A DNA stretch of 61,944 nt from Clostridia bacterium. Lineage in GTDB: Bacteria > Bacillota > Peptococcia > Peptococcales > BICA1-8. Below the pieces are notes generated by a model. It was not told where the DNA came from. It worked only from the letters and a program-made list of their open reading frames with translations, and did no database searches. The position numbers were made by a program, and so were the translations under genes. Below are positions 15,653 to 24,682 of the stretch, piece by piece. The stretch covers positions 1 to 61,944 of the forward strand of contig JASKKI010000005.1 of NCBI GenBank assembly GCA_030154225.1, given 5' to 3'. Positions within the stretch are counted from its first letter, which is position 1; every line of letters begins with the position of its first letter.

Positions 15653-16774
15653 ATCAACGGAATCCTGCTTCCTGTTTCCTTTTTCCTCCTCCTGTTTCGG
15701 TATCCCCCGTATAATTGCAATAATTAGAGAAAGCAGGGGAAATCCAACTTCAAAAGGAAGGCTGTAATAAGGGTAGATTTCAAAGGCAAAAAAGATATTT
15801 TCAATAACACTATCAAACTGCAGGATACTTAAGCTAACCATAAGAACACCAACGGGAAATACCAGGGGTAAATAAGAACGTAAATTTAATAACTGGGCTA
15901 AACCCAAGACCGTTGCATAATAACAAACAGAAATTTTCAAAAAACCCATCGTTAATAGATTAACGGCTACTATAATTTCCAGCCTTGTTAATATTTTTGC
16001 TATTTTTATTAAACGTATAACTTGATAAGAAGGATAAACATGGATGCCTTCAGTAACTCCGAGGACGGCTGTATTACGTAACAAAGATAGTACCAGAAGC
16101 AAACCAGCAACAATTAAAGCCGTTAGGGTAGAAATTTTGGCTTGTTTAACATTATCTAAAAAGGCAATAACCATTAGAAAAACCACTGTTTCCCCAAAGG
16201 GAAAGGTAGCCGCAGAATGACTGGCTTTAATAAACTCCTTTAAGGGAAGGTCAAGGACAGGTAATAAGTTAGTAAACTTCATATCCTGCGCCAGTAAAAT
16301 TATAGTGCCCAGTACAGAAAAAACCGTAAATACTACCAATATTAAACTACACCGGGTTATTACTTCTATCCCGTTGCGTACCGCTGAAGCACAAACTAAG
16401 GTAGTGAGAATAATAAATACCGCTATCGGAGTCTCCGGGTAGATCATACTTGTTAAAAAATCGCCAAAATTTCTTAAAACTAAACTGCCGAGATGGAAAA
16501 AAAACCACAGGTACCCCAGGGAAATGACCTTGCCTAAATAAGGACCAAAGATAATATCATTGTACTGTACTAAGGTTTTGCCAGGAAAGCGCATAGCCAG
16601 GGTTAAATAAATAAGAGTAAAGACCAGGCCTTCACCCAATCCGACAAGAACAGCGAGCCAGGCATCATGTTTGGCAGCCATCCCGGGCGAGAGAATTAAG
16701 CTTGACCCTAATATAAAACCAACTATTAAAAAGGTTAAATGAGAACTGGATATTTTACCACCTTCAAGCTTCAC
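15644..16774 (-). CDS. spore germination protein, GerAB/GerKB (permease-like) family
   Basis: GTG start after GGGAGGGAGG. About 10 TM segments. Adjacent to GerC- and GerA-family genes. Confidence 0.8.
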   Translation of the reverse strand: MKLEGGKISSSHLTFLIVGFILGSSLILSPGMAAKHDAWLAVLVGLGEGLVFTLIYLTLAMRFPGKTLVQYNDIIFGPYLGKVISLGYLWFFFHLGSLVLRNFGDFLTSMIYPETPIAVFIILTTLVCASAVRNGIEVITRCSLILVVFTVFSVLGTIILLAQDMKFTNLLPVLDLPLKEFIKASHSAATFPFGETVVFLMVIAFLDNVKQAKISTLTALIVAGLLLVLSLLRNTAVLGVTEGIHVYPSYQVIRLIKIAKILTRLEIIVAVNLLTMGFLKISVCYYATVLGLAQLLNLRSYLPLVFPVGVLMVSLSILQFDSVIENIFFAFEIYPYYSLPFEVGFPLLSLIIAIIRGIPKQEEEKGNRKQDSVDNI

Positions 16775-16854
16775 AAAGATCCTCCCTCCCTGGCATTTTC
16801 TACTATAGGGTTATTTTTTGGAACAGCACAAAAGTTTATAGGTTTAGCTAACTG

Positions 16855-17082
16855 GTCAGCCTACAGCTTATAAGTTATTTCTTTGGTCAGACAATACTAC
16901 CAGGTTAATTTTGGGGTCTGACAAATAATCTCGCCCTTTAGCTAATGTCTGACTAACTATGTTCATCTAAAAGTAATTGTCAGACGCTCAAGCTTAACCA
17001 TTAACTATTGTCCTTCCAATGAACTTGACCCATAAGCAGTTGTCTGACACAATTGCTTAACCCTAAAGCCATTATGTCCTCA
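16855..17082. repeat. phased array of 7-8 units, period 30-32 bp, core GTCWGAC
   Basis: Cores at 16855 (GTCAGCC), 16886, 16916, 16947, 16979, 17010 (GTCCTTC) and 17042. Confidence 0.75.
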
Positions 17083-18252
17083 TTCCGGCTTAGCCGGCTT
17101 AGTGATCATACCAGACCGTCGTAATTTTGCTTTGACAATTACCGTCACTTCCAGGCTTGGAAAAAAATCATCCCATTGGCTTTCTATATATTTCCATAAT
17201 TTGGGATATTTCCTGTGGACAGCATCACCAAAACCAAAAATATCTGTGTTCCATTCCTGGGCCTTTTTTAATGCAGCCATTACTTCCTTACGGATAACAA
17301 CAGCTTTCCGTCTTTCTATAGACATCCAGACTTCAGGTTTTGATAAATCTACTGAACACATTTCTTCACCCAAATTTCCTTCTTCATTGATTTCCACCTT
17401 AATATGTAAGGTATCATCCTTTATTTCGGGGGTAATTTTACTGTTGGCCCGGATAATTTCCAGACTGGCTTTACCCTTACCATTGGGACAATCTACAACA
17501 ATAATACCGCTTTTCACTTCACCAATAACCCATTGTAGGCCCCGGGTTTCTTCCCTGCCCAAAAAACCAGCCAGTTTATCCTTTTTAAAAACTGCCGTTC
17601 CCATAAGTAGAGCTGTTTTTTCTTTACCTACTACTTCAATAAGAGAGGCTATAGGTGCAGTGGTTTTGCTCATCAAACGGTTCATAAACTCCTGTAGATT
17701 AACTGCACTTGATTCCGAGGTAGCATCCCGGACTTCAATTAACTGGGAAATACTTATTGCCGGTATTTGTTCTAATTCTGTTTTAGACTCTAAAATTTCA
17801 CTTGCTTTACCTTTACTAACCAGAACATAAATCAGGCGGCGCAGTTCGTGGTCGCGGATAATAAAATCCATATATTTTTGTATCCCTTCTTTAGCAATAT
17901 CCTCGCTAAAGATGACTATTTCATTATGGGGTAAAAAAAGCCTCCGGTTAGACTTATGGGTAAGAGCTCTTATTGTCTCAAAAACAGTATTCCCTGTCTC
18001 TGTCAGATTCCAGTAAGGTCTTTCAGCTCTTCCACCGTCTCCGGCTCCACCTGCAGCGGCGATGGATAAATTCCCCGGTTTAAGAATTTGGGCTGTTAGT
18101 TGTATTTTCTCGGATTCCTCCGCTTTGTCAATGGCAAGACCGGATACAATAGCTAGATTATCCAGCTCCCTACGGTTCCAGCAACCAGCAATGCTCAGTA
18201 GTACCATTAAAAGAATTAATAGTTTTATAAAAAAGCGACCGACTTTCATCAT
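17080..18252 (-). CDS. spore germination lipoprotein, Ger(x)C family
   Basis: Lipobox LSIAGC followed by WNRRELDNLAIVSGLAIDK. ATG at 18252 after GAGGGG. Confidence 0.85.
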   Translation of the reverse strand: MMKVGRFFIKLLILLMVLLSIAGCWNRRELDNLAIVSGLAIDKAEESEKIQLTAQILKPGNLSIAAAGGAGDGGRAERPYWNLTETGNTVFETIRALTHKSNRRLFLPHNEIVIFSEDIAKEGIQKYMDFIIRDHELRRLIYVLVSKGKASEILESKTELEQIPAISISQLIEVRDATSESSAVNLQEFMNRLMSKTTAPIASLIEVVGKEKTALLMGTAVFKKDKLAGFLGREETRGLQWVIGEVKSGIIVVDCPNGKGKASLEIIRANSKITPEIKDDTLHIKVEINEEGNLGEEMCSVDLSKPEVWMSIERRKAVVIRKEVMAALKKAQEWNTDIFGFGDAVHRKYPKLWKYIESQWDDFFPSLEVTVIVKAKLRRSGMITKPAKPE

Positions 18253-18287
18253 TTTCACCCCTCTTATAACTTATGGGTTAATTTTTT

Positions 18288-18380
18288 GTCAGACCCTCAA
18301 GCTTTAACCTTTAAGTATGTCAGACCAGCGATGTTCACACTTAAGTACGTCTGACCAATAAACTTTCACCCTCAAGTATC
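18288..18380. repeat. phased array of 3 units, period 30-31 bp, core GTCWGAC
   Basis: Cores at 18288, 18319 and 18349, each preceded by TTAAGTA. Confidence 0.7.
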
Positions 18381-20078
18381 TTTATTGCCGATTTTCCGCG
18401 GTCGTTTAAGCCCCTGCACCCCCGTCTGTGATTTCATATTACTGTTATTTTCCGGTTCACCTTGTGGCTGTTCCACTTTTTCACTATCCTGCGGTGGCGC
18501 TGGTATTTGTCTAAATTCCTGCCGCTGGGGATCATGCCAGCCGATAGTCCTGGGGCGGGTAAACATAGCCCAAATAGGTAATCTAATAAATACGTCTTTT
18601 AGATCCCTAAAACTTAAGGGAGCCAAAGGTGAAAAATAGGGAGTTCCAAAAGACCTTAAAGTACATAAATGAATTAATCCTGCCAGTAAAATAATTATAA
18701 TGCCAAAAGCCCCCAAAGCTCCGGCAGAAATAGTTATAATAACACGTCCAAGGGCCGCAGTATCAGACTGGGCCGGAACCACAAAAGAAGAAATAGCGGT
18801 AAGAGCTACTACAATAACCACAGGAGCACCAATAAGTCCCGCGGATACGGCTGCCTCACCGATTACCAGTGCTCCTACAATACTTATAGCTGAACCAACA
18901 GGGCGGGGCAGCCGGATTCCAGCTTCCCGAAGAATTTCATATACAATTCCCATGACAATAGCTTCAACTACCGCCGGAAAGGGGGTCCCTTCCCTGGCTG
19001 CAGCCATGGTGATTAGTAAGGGAGTGGGAATAAATTCCTGATGAAAAGTTGTTAAAGCAACATAAACTCCCGGAGCCAGAATGGTTATAAAAAAGGATAT
19101 AAATCTAAGGGTTCGAAGAATACTGGTATAAAAAGGTCGGGAATAATAGTCTTCAGATGTTTGAAAACTCTCTATAAAAACCATTGGGACCGTAAGTACC
19201 ATAGGAGTACCGTCAACCAGGATGGCTACCCGCCCTTCTAAAAGTTTTCCAGCAATAACATCGGGTTTTTCACTGTTAGCAATGGTAGCAAAGGGAGAAA
19301 AAGGAGCATCTTCAATAAACTGCTCAATATAACCCGATTCCAGGATGGCATCGGTATTAATTTTTTTTAGACGGTACTTGACCTCCTCTACAAGCTTGGG
19401 ATTGACTACTCCTTTTAAATAAGCGATACAAATATCGGTTTTGGTCCTTTGACCTAATTGCATATTTTCCAGGATAAAATCTGGATTGCGAATTTTACGA
19501 CGTAACAGACTGGTATTGGAACGTAAAGTTTCGGTAAAACCTTCCCGGGGCCCCCGTACTACAGCTTCTGTTTTAGGTTCTTGAATACCCCGGGATTCCC
19601 AACCCCGGGAACTGATAACCAGGGCCTGATCGGAACCATTTATTAATAAAACTGTATCTCCAGATAAACAACCATCAATTACATCATCAAGGGAAGTAAC
19701 TATTTTTACATCTCCTACCGAGAGCATGGATTTTTGGATAATATCAATATTATTAGTAGTAAGTAATTCTCTGGAATCAAATAAGTGGGTATCATACATT
19801 AAAGGCTTGATTATGCTTTCATTAATAGTCATTCTATCTGTTAATCCATCTACAAAGATAATAGAGGCATTAATTTTCTCATCATAACCAAAGCTGAATT
19901 CACGGATAACAATATCATTACTTGTACCTAAAATACTTTTTAAAACTTTCAGGTTCTCCTTAAGATCACGGGAAAGGCTAGTTTGAGAAGATTTTTGCCA
20001 GTTGCCATTCTGTTTACCAGAATTTCGTTGATTGAGTAGCTGCCAAAATTGCAATTTCTTAAATAGAAAACCAAACAT
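18372..20078 (-). CDS. spore germination protein, GerA/GerKA family
   Basis: Conserved VDGTPMVLTVPMVFIESFQTSEDYY and C-terminal TM segments. 568 aa. Confidence 0.85.
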   Translation of the reverse strand: MFGFLFKKLQFWQLLNQRNSGKQNGNWQKSSQTSLSRDLKENLKVLKSILGTSNDIVIREFSFGYDEKINASIIFVDGLTDRMTINESIIKPLMYDTHLFDSRELLTTNNIDIIQKSMLSVGDVKIVTSLDDVIDGCLSGDTVLLINGSDQALVISSRGWESRGIQEPKTEAVVRGPREGFTETLRSNTSLLRRKIRNPDFILENMQLGQRTKTDICIAYLKGVVNPKLVEEVKYRLKKINTDAILESGYIEQFIEDAPFSPFATIANSEKPDVIAGKLLEGRVAILVDGTPMVLTVPMVFIESFQTSEDYYSRPFYTSILRTLRFISFFITILAPGVYVALTTFHQEFIPTPLLITMAAAREGTPFPAVVEAIVMGIVYEILREAGIRLPRPVGSAISIVGALVIGEAAVSAGLIGAPVVIVVALTAISSFVVPAQSDTAALGRVIITISAGALGAFGIIIILLAGLIHLCTLRSFGTPYFSPLAPLSFRDLKDVFIRLPIWAMFTRPRTIGWHDPQRQEFRQIPAPPQDSEKVEQPQGEPENNSNMKSQTGVQGLKRPRKIGNKDT

Positions 20079-20144
20079 AACCTTTCCCCTTTTCCAGCAA
20101 TTCTACCTTTTAGATAGTTTTGCTAAAAATAGATGGAAATATGC

Positions 20145-20176
20145 TTTAAAAGCCGAGCAATTGCTCGGCTTTTAAA
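20145..20176. terminator. bidirectional terminator (perfect palindrome)
   Basis: TTTAAAAGCCGAGCAATTGCTCGGCTTTTAAA. Confidence 0.8.
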
Positions 20177-20231
20177 GTTCATTTTATTAAACTAAAATTT
20201 CACTTCATTCGACTCACTCAACCTCAAATAG

Positions 20232-20633
20232 CTACTCTTTCACTAACTTAATTGCTTCTTTAATTAACTCATTTAACGGTCTATTTTCGAAACCTACCAA
20301 TTCTACATGGGGCTGATGTACAGGTAAAAGAATTTTCCGGCAACTAAGTGAGGCAATAATTTCAGCCAGACTGGGAGTTATTTCTCCCATTAAAGCATTG
20401 GGGACTATGATACCTAATGGTCCCATCACTATATCTACATCTCTAGTACTGATCCTTATGGCGTTCTCTCCCGTCGCCCCTTTCTTGGCTCCGGCCTTAA
20501 CCATAGCGGCAGTAGCGATAGCATTTGTTCCTAAAGCCCATATTTCTACGTTGCCTCCAAACTCTTTTACAATCCCCTGAACAATTTGGGCCCCCATACC
20601 TCCACCCATTCCGTCAATTACAGCTATTCTCAT
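20232..20633 (-). CDS. DUF3842-like protein
   Basis: N-terminus MRIAVIDGMGGGMGAQIV, recalled as typical of DUF3842. 133 aa. Confidence 0.55.
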   Translation of the reverse strand: MRIAVIDGMGGGMGAQIVQGIVKEFGGNVEIWALGTNAIATAAMVKAGAKKGATGENAIRISTRDVDIVMGPLGIIVPNALMGEITPSLAEIIASLSCRKILLPVHQPHVELVGFENRPLNELIKEAIKLVKE

Positions 20634-20765
20634 CTTTATCTAGCTCCTTTTGTAAGTTGATACTTCATAGACATTAGTTTCTAGTTAAATTTTAGATGAA
20701 GTTTTGAGGTTAGACAATACTTTAATAGCTCATACCTAAGACCAATAATGTTCGCCCATAAGTTA

Positions 20766-22166
20766 TTAAGTATTATCATTTTCAGAACTCCCGGCAAATT
20801 CTGTTTTGACTAGTTCTTTTTTGTTTTTGATTTTTTTAACCTTATTAGGTTTTTGAACTGGTTTAATAAGGATTCTACCTAAAGAATTGCGTAAAGTTAT
20901 GGTCTCAAAAACAACTTCTCCCCAGGTAGGATAATGAATTTGTTCTTCACTATTTTGATCCTCACCCTGAGTCTCAACAAACTCCTGTTTGATAGCAAAT
21001 ACAGCTAGTCCAGATGCAAGTAGGGTTAAACCGCCTGTAGTACCAAAAGTTAAAAAATTGCTTTTTTCCATTAATATTCCAAATACTGGGGGACCAATGG
21101 CCACTCCAAAAAATCTTACTGCTCCATAAAGGGATGTTATCATCCCCCTTTCTTCCATTGTTACTGAACTGGTTATTATTGTATTTAAACAAGTTAATAC
21201 TAAACCGCCGCCAATCCCGCCAATAACCAAGGCTGTAATAAAAATATAAGTATTATTTATAAAAAAAGGAATAATAAAATTGGATGTTGCCAGTAATATT
21301 AAGCCAGCTACAACTAATATTTTATAATTGCTGTTTTTCCTCTGGGTAACAATACCTGTAATTAATGAAGTTGCTGAAACGGCTAATACCGGTATGGCCA
21401 AAACTAAGCCTTTTGTTACACCTTCCAAGCCATAACGTTTTTCCAGATAATCCGATAAATAAAATAAGGTACCAAAAAGAGCAAATAACGACACCGAACC
21501 TGCTACAAAAGCACTTAATAAATGAACACCTTTTTCTCCAGAGATTTTTTTTAAAGCCTGTAAATATTCTTTAACCCTTTGACCTTTTTTATTGGTAGTA
21601 GGATCTTTTACTAAAAACCAGACTGCTAGAGCAATTGGAATACAAAGTACCGGAAAAACAAAAAACGTTGCATACCAGGCTATAAGTCCAACCAGGGAGC
21701 CTAATATAGGACTAACAACCTTGCCCAGACCATTTGAAGCCTCCAAAAGGCCTAATGCCTTACTCCTTTCACCTGTTACAAATATATCACTGGATAAAGC
21801 CATAGCGATAGGCGCCGTTCCGGCAGCTCCAATTCCCTGTAGTATTCTCCCTGCCATTATTACCAAATAGGAATTATTTAAAAACAGAATTCCTAATAAA
21901 GTTACAACCCCACCTAAACCATAAAGAATTAGTGAGGGAACAATTATCAGTTTCCTACTTATTCTATCTGATAAAAATCCGGCAAAAGGAATTACTAAAC
22001 CCGCTGGTACGGAAAATAAGGTTATAACCAGGCTTACCTTAAACTGTGATATATTTAATGCTGATTTCATTTGGGGTAAAACGGGAATCAGCATAGAATT
22101 ACCTAAAACCATAATTAACGGCACTCCAGCTAAGGCCGCTAAAGTAATTTTACTTTTTGTTTTCAA
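20766..22166 (-). CDS. MFS transporter with hydrophilic C-terminal tail
   Basis: 12 predicted TM segments and an MFS-like loop DRISRK. TTG start after GAGGAG. Confidence 0.75.
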   Translation of the reverse strand: MKTKSKITLAALAGVPLIMVLGNSMLIPVLPQMKSALNISQFKVSLVITLFSVPAGLVIPFAGFLSDRISRKLIIVPSLILYGLGGVVTLLGILFLNNSYLVIMAGRILQGIGAAGTAPIAMALSSDIFVTGERSKALGLLEASNGLGKVVSPILGSLVGLIAWYATFFVFPVLCIPIALAVWFLVKDPTTNKKGQRVKEYLQALKKISGEKGVHLLSAFVAGSVSLFALFGTLFYLSDYLEKRYGLEGVTKGLVLAIPVLAVSATSLITGIVTQRKNSNYKILVVAGLILLATSNFIIPFFINNTYIFITALVIGGIGGGLVLTCLNTIITSSVTMEERGMITSLYGAVRFFGVAIGPPVFGILMEKSNFLTFGTTGGLTLLASGLAVFAIKQEFVETQGEDQNSEEQIHYPTWGEVVFETITLRNSLGRILIKPVQKPNKVKKIKNKKELVKTEFAGSSENDNT

Positions 22167-22221
22167 TAAAAATCACTCCTCATCTTTATCAACACCAAAG
22201 GTATTTTGCCCTAAAATAATC

Positions 22222-22248
22222 AAAAAAATCACCTGATGGTGATTTTTA
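22222..22248. terminator. hairpin terminator
   Basis: ATCACC-tgat-GGTGAT flanked by A- and T-runs. Confidence 0.55.
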
Positions 22249-22287
22249 TCGACGAATTAAAAATATGATGATTTTTCCTTCGGAGAT

Positions 22288-22752
22288 TTAATTTAAAAAT
22301 AACTCAATAAATTTTATAAAAATAGCTGCTAATCCAGCTGCCATTAAAGGTCCAACAGGAATACCTTTAAAAATAACGATACCAATAATTGCCCCCACAA
22401 CTAAACCTGACATTAATTCCGGTTGTAATTTTAGCATATTTAAGCCGGCCCCATTCATATATGTAGCTAAAGCACCGCCTAAGGCACACATCAATCCCTG
22501 CCAGCTGAAAATTCCTTTCATTAGATCTTTTAAGGTCATTTGTTCACTTGCAAAGGGAACTAGAACAGATAATAGTAAAAATAATAATCCTATTTCCAAA
22601 CCTCTTCTTTCTATTAAAGGAAAATAATGTTGCAGCCTAGTTAATTTTAATACTAATAAAATACAAGCTGAAGTTGCTAGTAAACTGGATTGTCCTAAAA
22701 TACCTATAAGTATTAAAACTAATAAAAGTCCTTCGCCCCACATAATATCCAC
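22288..22752 (-). CDS. DUF441/UPF0756 membrane protein (YtwI-like)
   Basis: 154 aa, 4-5 TM segments. The C-terminal pattern GLVVGAIIGIVIFKGIPVGPLMAAGLA matches the family as recalled. Confidence 0.6.
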   Translation of the reverse strand: MDIMWGEGLLLVLILIGILGQSSLLATSACILLVLKLTRLQHYFPLIERRGLEIGLLFLLLSVLVPFASEQMTLKDLMKGIFSWQGLMCALGGALATYMNGAGLNMLKLQPELMSGLVVGAIIGIVIFKGIPVGPLMAAGLAAIFIKFIELFLN

Positions 22753-23049
22753 CCCATAAGAAAGACTGGCATCGCCAGTCTTTCTGTACTAAGTGCGATA
22801 ATGCTAACCTACAATTACTTTACTAATTACCAAAGACAAAGCACTACACACTTTATAGTTAATACTATTCACCACCATATATTTGTATTCCTTAAAACAT
22901 AATAATTAATTTTAAAAGTAGACTAGATACGACCCTAATTATTAATCTTTTGTTTTAATCAAAATTGCTATTAGAAAAATCATCCATTTCTAAAACGTAT
23001 TTTTTTGAATAATAATAACTATGAGCTATTTTTTAAGGTGGATATCAAT

Positions 23050-23313
23050 ATGTTGAAAATAGTTTTAGGTATGAGCATCTTAAGAATTATTTCCGGGCTC
23101 ATTGAATTATCAGCTGCTTTTTTGATGCTCTATTTTAATAGAGTGGAGACTGCATTTAAAATAAACGCTTGCCTGGCCGTTATTGGTCCAATAATTATGA
23201 TTTCTGTAACATCATTAGGTTTGATTGGTCTCGCTGATAAAATATCATTAAAACAGATGTTTATAATTTTCTCAGGTGTTTCTCTAATATTTATTGGTTT
23301 AAACAAAATTTAA
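23050..23313 (+). CDS. DUF2619 (YqhV-like) membrane protein
   Basis: ATG at 23050 after AAGGTGGA. The sequence LRIISGLIELSAAFLMLYFN resembles YqhV. Confidence 0.5.
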   Translation: MLKIVLGMSILRIISGLIELSAAFLMLYFNRVETAFKINACLAVIGPIIMISVTSLGLIGLADKISLKQMFIIFSGVSLIFIGLNKI

Positions 23314-23399
23314 AAAAATTTCTAATCATAAAAATTCTCCTTTTGAGCAAACTAAAGATGTATTAAAATTCATAAAAAATTAAAGGAGGAAAATCATTT

Positions 23400-23657
23400 A
23401 TGACTATTGGAAACAAAATGCACCAAACATTAGCCAGTTTAGAAGGTGCTAAAGCCAATATGAAAACCTTTGCTTTAGAAACTGAAGATAAGACAGCAAA
23501 ACAAATGTTTGCTCAATATGCTCAACAATTAGATAGTATTTGTCAGGGAATATCCTCCCGTTGCAATTATATTGAGCAACAAGAACCTCAATACAAAGTT
23601 TTTCAAAATATGATGCAACCTCAACAACAACAGCAGCAACAACAAAAACAAAAATAA
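23400..23657 (+). CDS. DUF1657-family protein with poly-Gln tail
   Basis: AAAGGAGGAAAA RBS. The sequence LASLEGAKANMKTFALETEDKTAKQMF...EQQEPQY is typical of DUF1657. Confidence 0.6.
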   Translation: MTIGNKMHQTLASLEGAKANMKTFALETEDKTAKQMFAQYAQQLDSICQGISSRCNYIEQQEPQYKVFQNMMQPQQQQQQQQKQK

Positions 23658-23694
23658 ATAACCTGTTTATCTTCTAATAATTTCCCTCCCCAAA

Positions 23695-23731
23695 AAGGAG
23701 CGTCTAATAAAAATGACGCTCCCTTTTTTTT
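23695..23731 (+). terminator. intrinsic terminator
   Basis: GGAGCGTC...GACGCTCC followed by T8. Confidence 0.85.
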
Positions 23732-23807
23732 ATCTCACTTAACTCGCAACAAAAAAAATTGGTTATTTTTATCTTATTTTAAAATTTACGCAGTTAGACG
23801 TAGTTTT

Positions 23808-24323
23808 TCAACAGCCCTTTTTCTTTTTAAAAAGTTTTACACCTAATATCTCCCCCAATCCATAAATAAGAATATATATAAAAATTACTATAATATTTAC
23901 AAGAGCCGCCAGCCTTAAATCCTGGTCAGTAAAAACTGTTATATTATAAATAGATTGAATAAACATAATACTTAGTATGAAAAGAAAAATTAACATAGTA
24001 GCGAATATTAACAAAGTTTGACCAGGAGAAAATTTTTTTAACGGTAACTTTTCCAATAAAGTATTTATTAACTGAAATATATTGATACTACTTAAAATAT
24101 TATTATCCTTATTCCTTATCTTACTGTTTAAATCTAAACGGTTTTTAACCTGCCAATATCTTTTATCATTGATAATTGCCTCTAAACCTGTCAGGAATAA
24201 AATACTGCCTATTATGGCCGGTAAAATTGAAATTATTTTTAATGAACCTAGTATTAAGAAAATACAAAACCCGCATCCCGATAAAAAAGAGGAATAAGTA
24301 AAAAATATTAAACTTTTTTTCAT
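23808..24323 (-). CDS. polytopic membrane protein, unknown function
   Basis: GGTAAGGAAA RBS, 171 aa, about 4 TM segments. Starts 10 nt after the upstream gene's stop. Confidence 0.55.
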   Translation of the reverse strand: MKKSLIFFTYSSFLSGCGFCIFLILGSLKIISILPAIIGSILFLTGLEAIINDKRYWQVKNRLDLNSKIRNKDNNILSSINIFQLINTLLEKLPLKKFSPGQTLLIFATMLIFLFILSIMFIQSIYNITVFTDQDLRLAALVNIIVIFIYILIYGLGEILGVKLFKKKKGC

Positions 24324-24332
24324 TTTCCTTAC

Positions 24333-24590
24333 CTATTTATTTACATTTTCCATTAAAATATTTTCATCATAAGTACTAATATTATATTCCTCATTAATTT
24401 CATCTTTTAAATTTTTAGGAGACCAGTATAAAATTAACTCATCTATATACTCAAATTGAGGTTTAGTTGAATACTGGCACAATTCCTCTAAAATAGCTAT
24501 TTTTCTTTCTTCCTTACTCTTAATAAAACCCTTAATTCTAAATAATTTATCTTTATTTTTTTTAGACATTACTATTGCACCGTTTCGCAT
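24333..24590 (-). CDS. small cytoplasmic protein, unknown function
   Basis: GGGGG RBS 7 nt upstream of the ATG. 85 aa. Confidence 0.5.
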   Translation of the reverse strand: MRNGAIVMSKKNKDKLFRIKGFIKSKEERKIAILEELCQYSTKPQFEYIDELILYWSPKNLKDEINEEYNISTYDENILMENVNK

Positions 24591-24682
24591 ATTTTTGCCC
24601 CCTTAAATAAACTGTTATTAGTATAATCTATGATTCAATAAAGCTTTCTGTAACTAAGAAATATAAATACAAAAAATTCCAG

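Noticed and set aside
15511-15720. 69-aa track ORF on the minus strand downstream of the gerB-type gene
   Set aside because: It lies entirely within the degenerate 30-bp repeat array, overlaps the 3' end of the real gene, has no RBS, and its sequence is Arg/Lys-rich junk. It is treated as a by-product of the repeats.
15471-18380. Possibility that the 30-32 bp periodic repeats are a CRISPR array
   Set aside because: There is no alternation of a conserved repeat with unique spacers. The whole unit is degenerate and the arrays are split between coding genes. No cas genes or leader are present.
17102-19041. Long antisense track ORFs (17102..17830, 18700..19041 and similar ones inside carB, dctP, pyrD and the pucR-like gene)
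   Set aside because: These are shadow ORFs opposite well-supported conserved genes. They have low-complexity Ser/Pro/Ile-rich products and no start context.
22760-22787. Perfect 12-bp-stem hairpin (AGAAAGACTGGC/GCCAGTCTTTCT) just upstream of the DUF441 gene
   Set aside because: No T-run follows on either strand and I recognise no riboswitch-like context. It is noted only as a possible leader structure and is not reported as a feature.
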